Assembly: GCA_030390025.1 (NCBI GenBank)
Contig: CM059432.1
Span: 140,804,001 to 140,868,000, forward strand
Direction of reading: 5' to 3'
Length of the DNA stretch: 64,000 nt
From: Squalus acanthias
Taxonomy: Eukaryota
The translations under genes were made by a program, and so were the position numbers. Below, piece by piece: positions 60,728 through 64,000 of this stretch (position 1 is its first letter; every line of letters begins with the position of its first letter). Below the pieces are notes generated by a model. It saw nothing but the letters and a program-made list of their open reading frames with translations, was not told the DNA's origin and searched no databases.

Positions 60728-63679
60728 ATGACAACAGAGAGGGTCATAGACATAGGTAGCAGTAGGGGAATCACAAATCAGAGCGTGGCAGGAAGGGACA
60801 GAGTGTGTGGAGTAAAAGGTAAACTGGTAAAAAGTGAAAAAGCAGGAACTAAGTGCCACAAAGCATATTTGAAAGTTCTCTATCTGAATGCACGTAGCAT
60901 TCGTAACAAAATAGACGAGTTAATGGCACAAATAACTACATATGGTTATGATATTGTGGCCATTACAGAAACATGGCTGCAGGGTGACAATGCCTGGGAA
61001 TTAAACATACCAGGTTATTTAACGATCAGGAAGGACAGGCAGGAAGGAAGGGGAGGTGGGGTGGCTATGTTAATAAAGGAAGGAATCACTGTAATACAGA
61101 GTAATGACATTGGGTCAAAAAATCATGATAATGAAACAGTTTGGGTGGAGATAAGGAATAATAAGGGGAAAAAAACATTAGTGGGCGTAGTCTATAGGCC
61201 TCCGAACAGTTGCAACTCTATTGGACGGAGTATCAATCAGGAAATAGTTGAGGCATGTAATAAGGGAACATCTATAATTATGGGGGATTTTAACTATCAT
61301 ATTAATTGGACAAATCAAATGGGGCAGGGCTGCCTTGAGGATGAGTTCATTGAGTGTATTAGGGATGGGTTTCTTGAGCAGTATGTAACTGAACCGACCA
61401 GGGGGCAAGCAACCTTAGATCTGGTCCTGTGTAACGAGACAGGATTAATTAAAAATGTCCTAGTAAAGGATCCCCTTGGAATGAGTGACCATAACATGGT
61501 TGAATTCCATATTCAATTAGAGGGTGAGAAGGTTGGATCTCAAACAAGCGTGCTAAGCTTGAATAAAGGAGACTATGAAGGTATGCGAGCGGAATTGAGT
61601 AGAGTGGATTGGGAAAATAGATTAAAGGGTAAGACGACACATGATCAGTGGTGTACATTCAAGGAGTTATTTTACAACTTCCAAAAAAAATATATTCCAC
61701 TGAAAAGAAAAGGGTGTAAAAGAAAGGACAGTCATCCGTGGCTAAGTAAAGAAATTAAGGATAGTATTCGACTAAAAACAAGGGCATATAAGGTAGCGAA
61801 ATCTAGTGGGAGGACAGAGGATTGGGAAAACTTTAAAAGACAGCAAAAAATAACAAAAAGATTGATTAAGAAAGGGAAGATAGATTATGAAAGTAAATTA
61901 GCAAAAAATATAAAAACAGATAGTAAGAGTTTTTATAGTTATATAAAAAGAAAAAGGGTGGCTAAAGTAAATGTTGGTCCCTTAGAGGATGAGACCGGGA
62001 AATTAATGGTGGGAAATATGGAGATGGCAAAAACACTGAATGAATATTTTGTATCAGTCTTTACAGTAGAGGACACTAAGAATATCCCAACACTGGACAA
62101 ACAGGGGGCTATAGGGGGAGAGGAGCTAAACACGATCAAAATCACTAAGGAAGTGGTACTCGGTAAAATAATGGGACTCAAGGCGGATAAATCACCTGGA
62201 CCTGATGGCTTACATCCTAGAGTCTTGAAGGAAGTGGCGGTAGGGATTGTAGATGCATTGGTAATATTTTTTCAAAACTCCCTGGATTCCGCTAAGGTCC
62301 CGGCAGACTGGAAAACTGCTAATGTAACACCCTTATTTAAAAAGGGCAGTAGACAGAAGGCTGGTAACTATAGACCGGTTAGCCTAACATCTGTGGTAGG
62401 TAAAATTTTGGAGTCCATTATTAAGGAAACAGTAACAAGACATTTGGATAATCATAATTTAATAGGACAAAGTCAGCATGGTTTTACGAAGGGGAAGTCA
62501 TGTTTGACAAATTTGCTGGAGTTCTTTGAGGAAGTAACATATAGAGTGGATAAAGGGGAACCAGTGGACGTAGTGTATTTAGACTTCCAAAAGGCATTTG
62601 ACAAGGTGCCACACAAAAGATTATTGCTTAAGGTAAAAAATCACGGGATTGGGGGTAATATTCTGGCATGGATAGAGGATTGGCTATCTAACAGAAAGCA
62701 AAGAGTTGGGATAAATGGTTCATTCTCAGACTGGCAATCAGTAACTAGTGGTGTTCCACAGGGGTCAGTGCTGGGTCCCCAACTCTTCACAATCTATATT
62801 AACGATTTGGAGGAAGGGACCAAGTGTAACATATCAAAATTTGCAGATGATACAAAGATGGGAGGGAAAGTAGTGAGTGAGGAGGACATAAAAAACCTGC
62901 AAGGGGACATAGACAGGCTAAGTAAGTGGGCAGAGATTTGGCAGATGGAATACAGCACTGGAAAGTGTGAGGTGATGCACTTTGGCAGGAAAAATCCTAG
63001 AGCAATTTATTATCTTAATGGCAAGAAACTGGAGAGTACTGAAGTGCAAAGGGATCTGGGGGTCCTGGTGCACGAAACTCAAAAGGTTAGTATGCAGGTG
63101 CAGCAAGTGATTAAGAAGGCAAATGGAATGTTGGCTTTCATTGCTAGGGGGATAGAATATAAAAATAGGGAGGTATTGCTTCAGTTGTACAAGGTATTGG
63201 TGAGACCGCACCTGGAATACTGCATACAGTTTTGGTGTCCTTACTTAAGGAAAGACATCCTTGCTCTCGAGGCAGTGCAAAAAAGGTTCACTCGGTTAAT
63301 CCCGGAGATGAGGGGGTGGTCATATGAGGAGAGGTTGGGTAGATTGGGACTCTACTCATTGGAGTTCAGAAGAATGAGAGGCGATCTTATTGAAACATAT
63401 AAGATTGTGAAGGGGTTGGATCGGGTGGATGCGGGGAGGATGTTCCCGATGACGGGTGAGACGAGAACTAGGGGACATAGTCTTAGAATAAGGGGCTGCT
63501 CTTTCAAAACTGAGATGAGGAGGAACTACTTCACTCAGAGGGTGGTAGGTCCATGGAATATGCTGCCACAAAAAGCTGTAGAAGCTACAACATTAATTAA
63601 ATTTAAAACAGAAATAGACAGTTTCCTAGAAGTAAAGGGCATTAAGGGTTACGGGGAGCGGGCAGGAATTTGGACATGA
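60728..63679 (+). CDS. CR1 ORF2p: APE endonuclease plus reverse transcriptase (983 aa, uninterrupted)
   Basis: EN motifs YLNARS, AITETW, VYRPP, MGDFN, SDHN. RT motifs SPGPDG, NYRPVSLTS, QHGF, YLDFQKAFDKVPH, GVPQGSVLGP, FADD. Confidence 0.96.
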   Translation: MTTERVIDIGSSRGITNQSVAGRDRVCGVKGKLVKSEKAGTKCHKAYLKVLYLNARSIRNKIDELMAQITTYGYDIVAITETWLQGDNAWELNIPGYLTIRKDRQEGRGGGVAMLIKEGITVIQSNDIGSKNHDNETVWVEIRNNKGKKTLVGVVYRPPNSCNSIGRSINQEIVEACNKGTSIIMGDFNYHINWTNQMGQGCLEDEFIECIRDGFLEQYVTEPTRGQATLDLVLCNETGLIKNVLVKDPLGMSDHNMVEFHIQLEGEKVGSQTSVLSLNKGDYEGMRAELSRVDWENRLKGKTTHDQWCTFKELFYNFQKKYIPLKRKGCKRKDSHPWLSKEIKDSIRLKTRAYKVAKSSGRTEDWENFKRQQKITKRLIKKGKIDYESKLAKNIKTDSKSFYSYIKRKRVAKVNVGPLEDETGKLMVGNMEMAKTLNEYFVSVFTVEDTKNIPTLDKQGAIGGEELNTIKITKEVVLGKIMGLKADKSPGPDGLHPRVLKEVAVGIVDALVIFFQNSLDSAKVPADWKTANVTPLFKKGSRQKAGNYRPVSLTSVVGKILESIIKETVTRHLDNHNLIGQSQHGFTKGKSCLTNLLEFFEEVTYRVDKGEPVDVVYLDFQKAFDKVPHKRLLLKVKNHGIGGNILAWIEDWLSNRKQRVGINGSFSDWQSVTSGVPQGSVLGPQLFTIYINDLEEGTKCNISKFADDTKMGGKVVSEEDIKNLQGDIDRLSKWAEIWQMEYSTGKCEVMHFGRKNPRAIYYLNGKKLESTEVQRDLGVLVHETQKVSMQVQQVIKKANGMLAFIARGIEYKNREVLLQLYKVLVRPHLEYCIQFWCPYLRKDILALEAVQKRFTRLIPEMRGWSYEERLGRLGLYSLEFRRMRGDLIETYKIVKGLDRVDAGRMFPMTGETRTRGHSLRIRGCSFKTEMRRNYFTQRVVGPWNMLPQKAVEATTLIKFKTEIDSFLEVKGIKGYGERAGIWT

Positions 63680-64000
63680 GTCTAGGTTTGGATCGGTCAT
63701 GGCCCTGTGGGTAGTGGAGCGGGCCCAGGGACTGTGTAGCCTGATTCTGCTCCTATTTCGTGTGTGCAATTCTGTTAGATGCAGGAGATGTTTCTGTGAT
63801 AGATAGTAGATTGGCGGTTAGGATCAGATCAGCCATGATCTTATTGAATGGCGGAGCAGGCTCGATGGGCCGATTGGCCTACTCCTGCTCCTATTTCTTA
63901 TGTTCTTATGTTCTTATCTACCCTATCAAATCCTTTAATTATCTTAAATACCTCAGTTAGATCACCCCTTAATCTTTTATACTCGAGGGAATACAAAGCC

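Larger units (their letters stand above)
58928..63914 (+). mobile_element. Full-length CR1-clade LINE, apparently intact
   Basis: 5' tandem array, ORF1, ORF2 and 3' UTR ending in (TTCTTATG)n. TATCTA at 58922-58927 and 63915-63920 (TSD). Removing it rejoins an older minus-strand CR1 3' fragment (TCTCTCTATCTACCCTATC). Confidence 0.95.

Overview
Repeat-dense vertebrate non-coding DNA (intergenic or a large intron). The repeat repertoire suggests a cartilaginous fish, probably a shark; this is inference. No host protein-coding exon or RNA gene was recognised. Contents: (1) one full-length, apparently intact ~5 kb CR1 LINE (58928-63914: 37-bp 5' tandem array, zinc-finger/SGNH-esterase ORF1, APE+RT ORF2, TSD), a second near-complete but dead CR1, and about 20 truncated CR1 3' fragments; (2) many L2 3' ends and tRNA-derived Deu-type SINEs that share the L2 tail; (3) a second CR1-clade LINE family and a SINE that shares its tail; (4) PIF/Harbinger material: several TIR/3-bp-TSD MITE families, a decayed HARBI1-like transposase and a decayed Myb/SANT-like ORF; (5) a 1666-bp solo LTR with a 4-bp TSD; (6) a small hAT-type MITE, L1 and Tx1 relics, and a Penelope-like element with a degenerate hammerhead-ribozyme motif; (7) several minisatellites, some traceable to transposon sub-segments. 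I found no convincing novel system. The best leads are the intact CR1, the Harbinger/MITE set, the solo LTR and the SINE-LINE pairs. Family names come from motif recognition, not database searches. Boundaries without a stated TSD are approximate.
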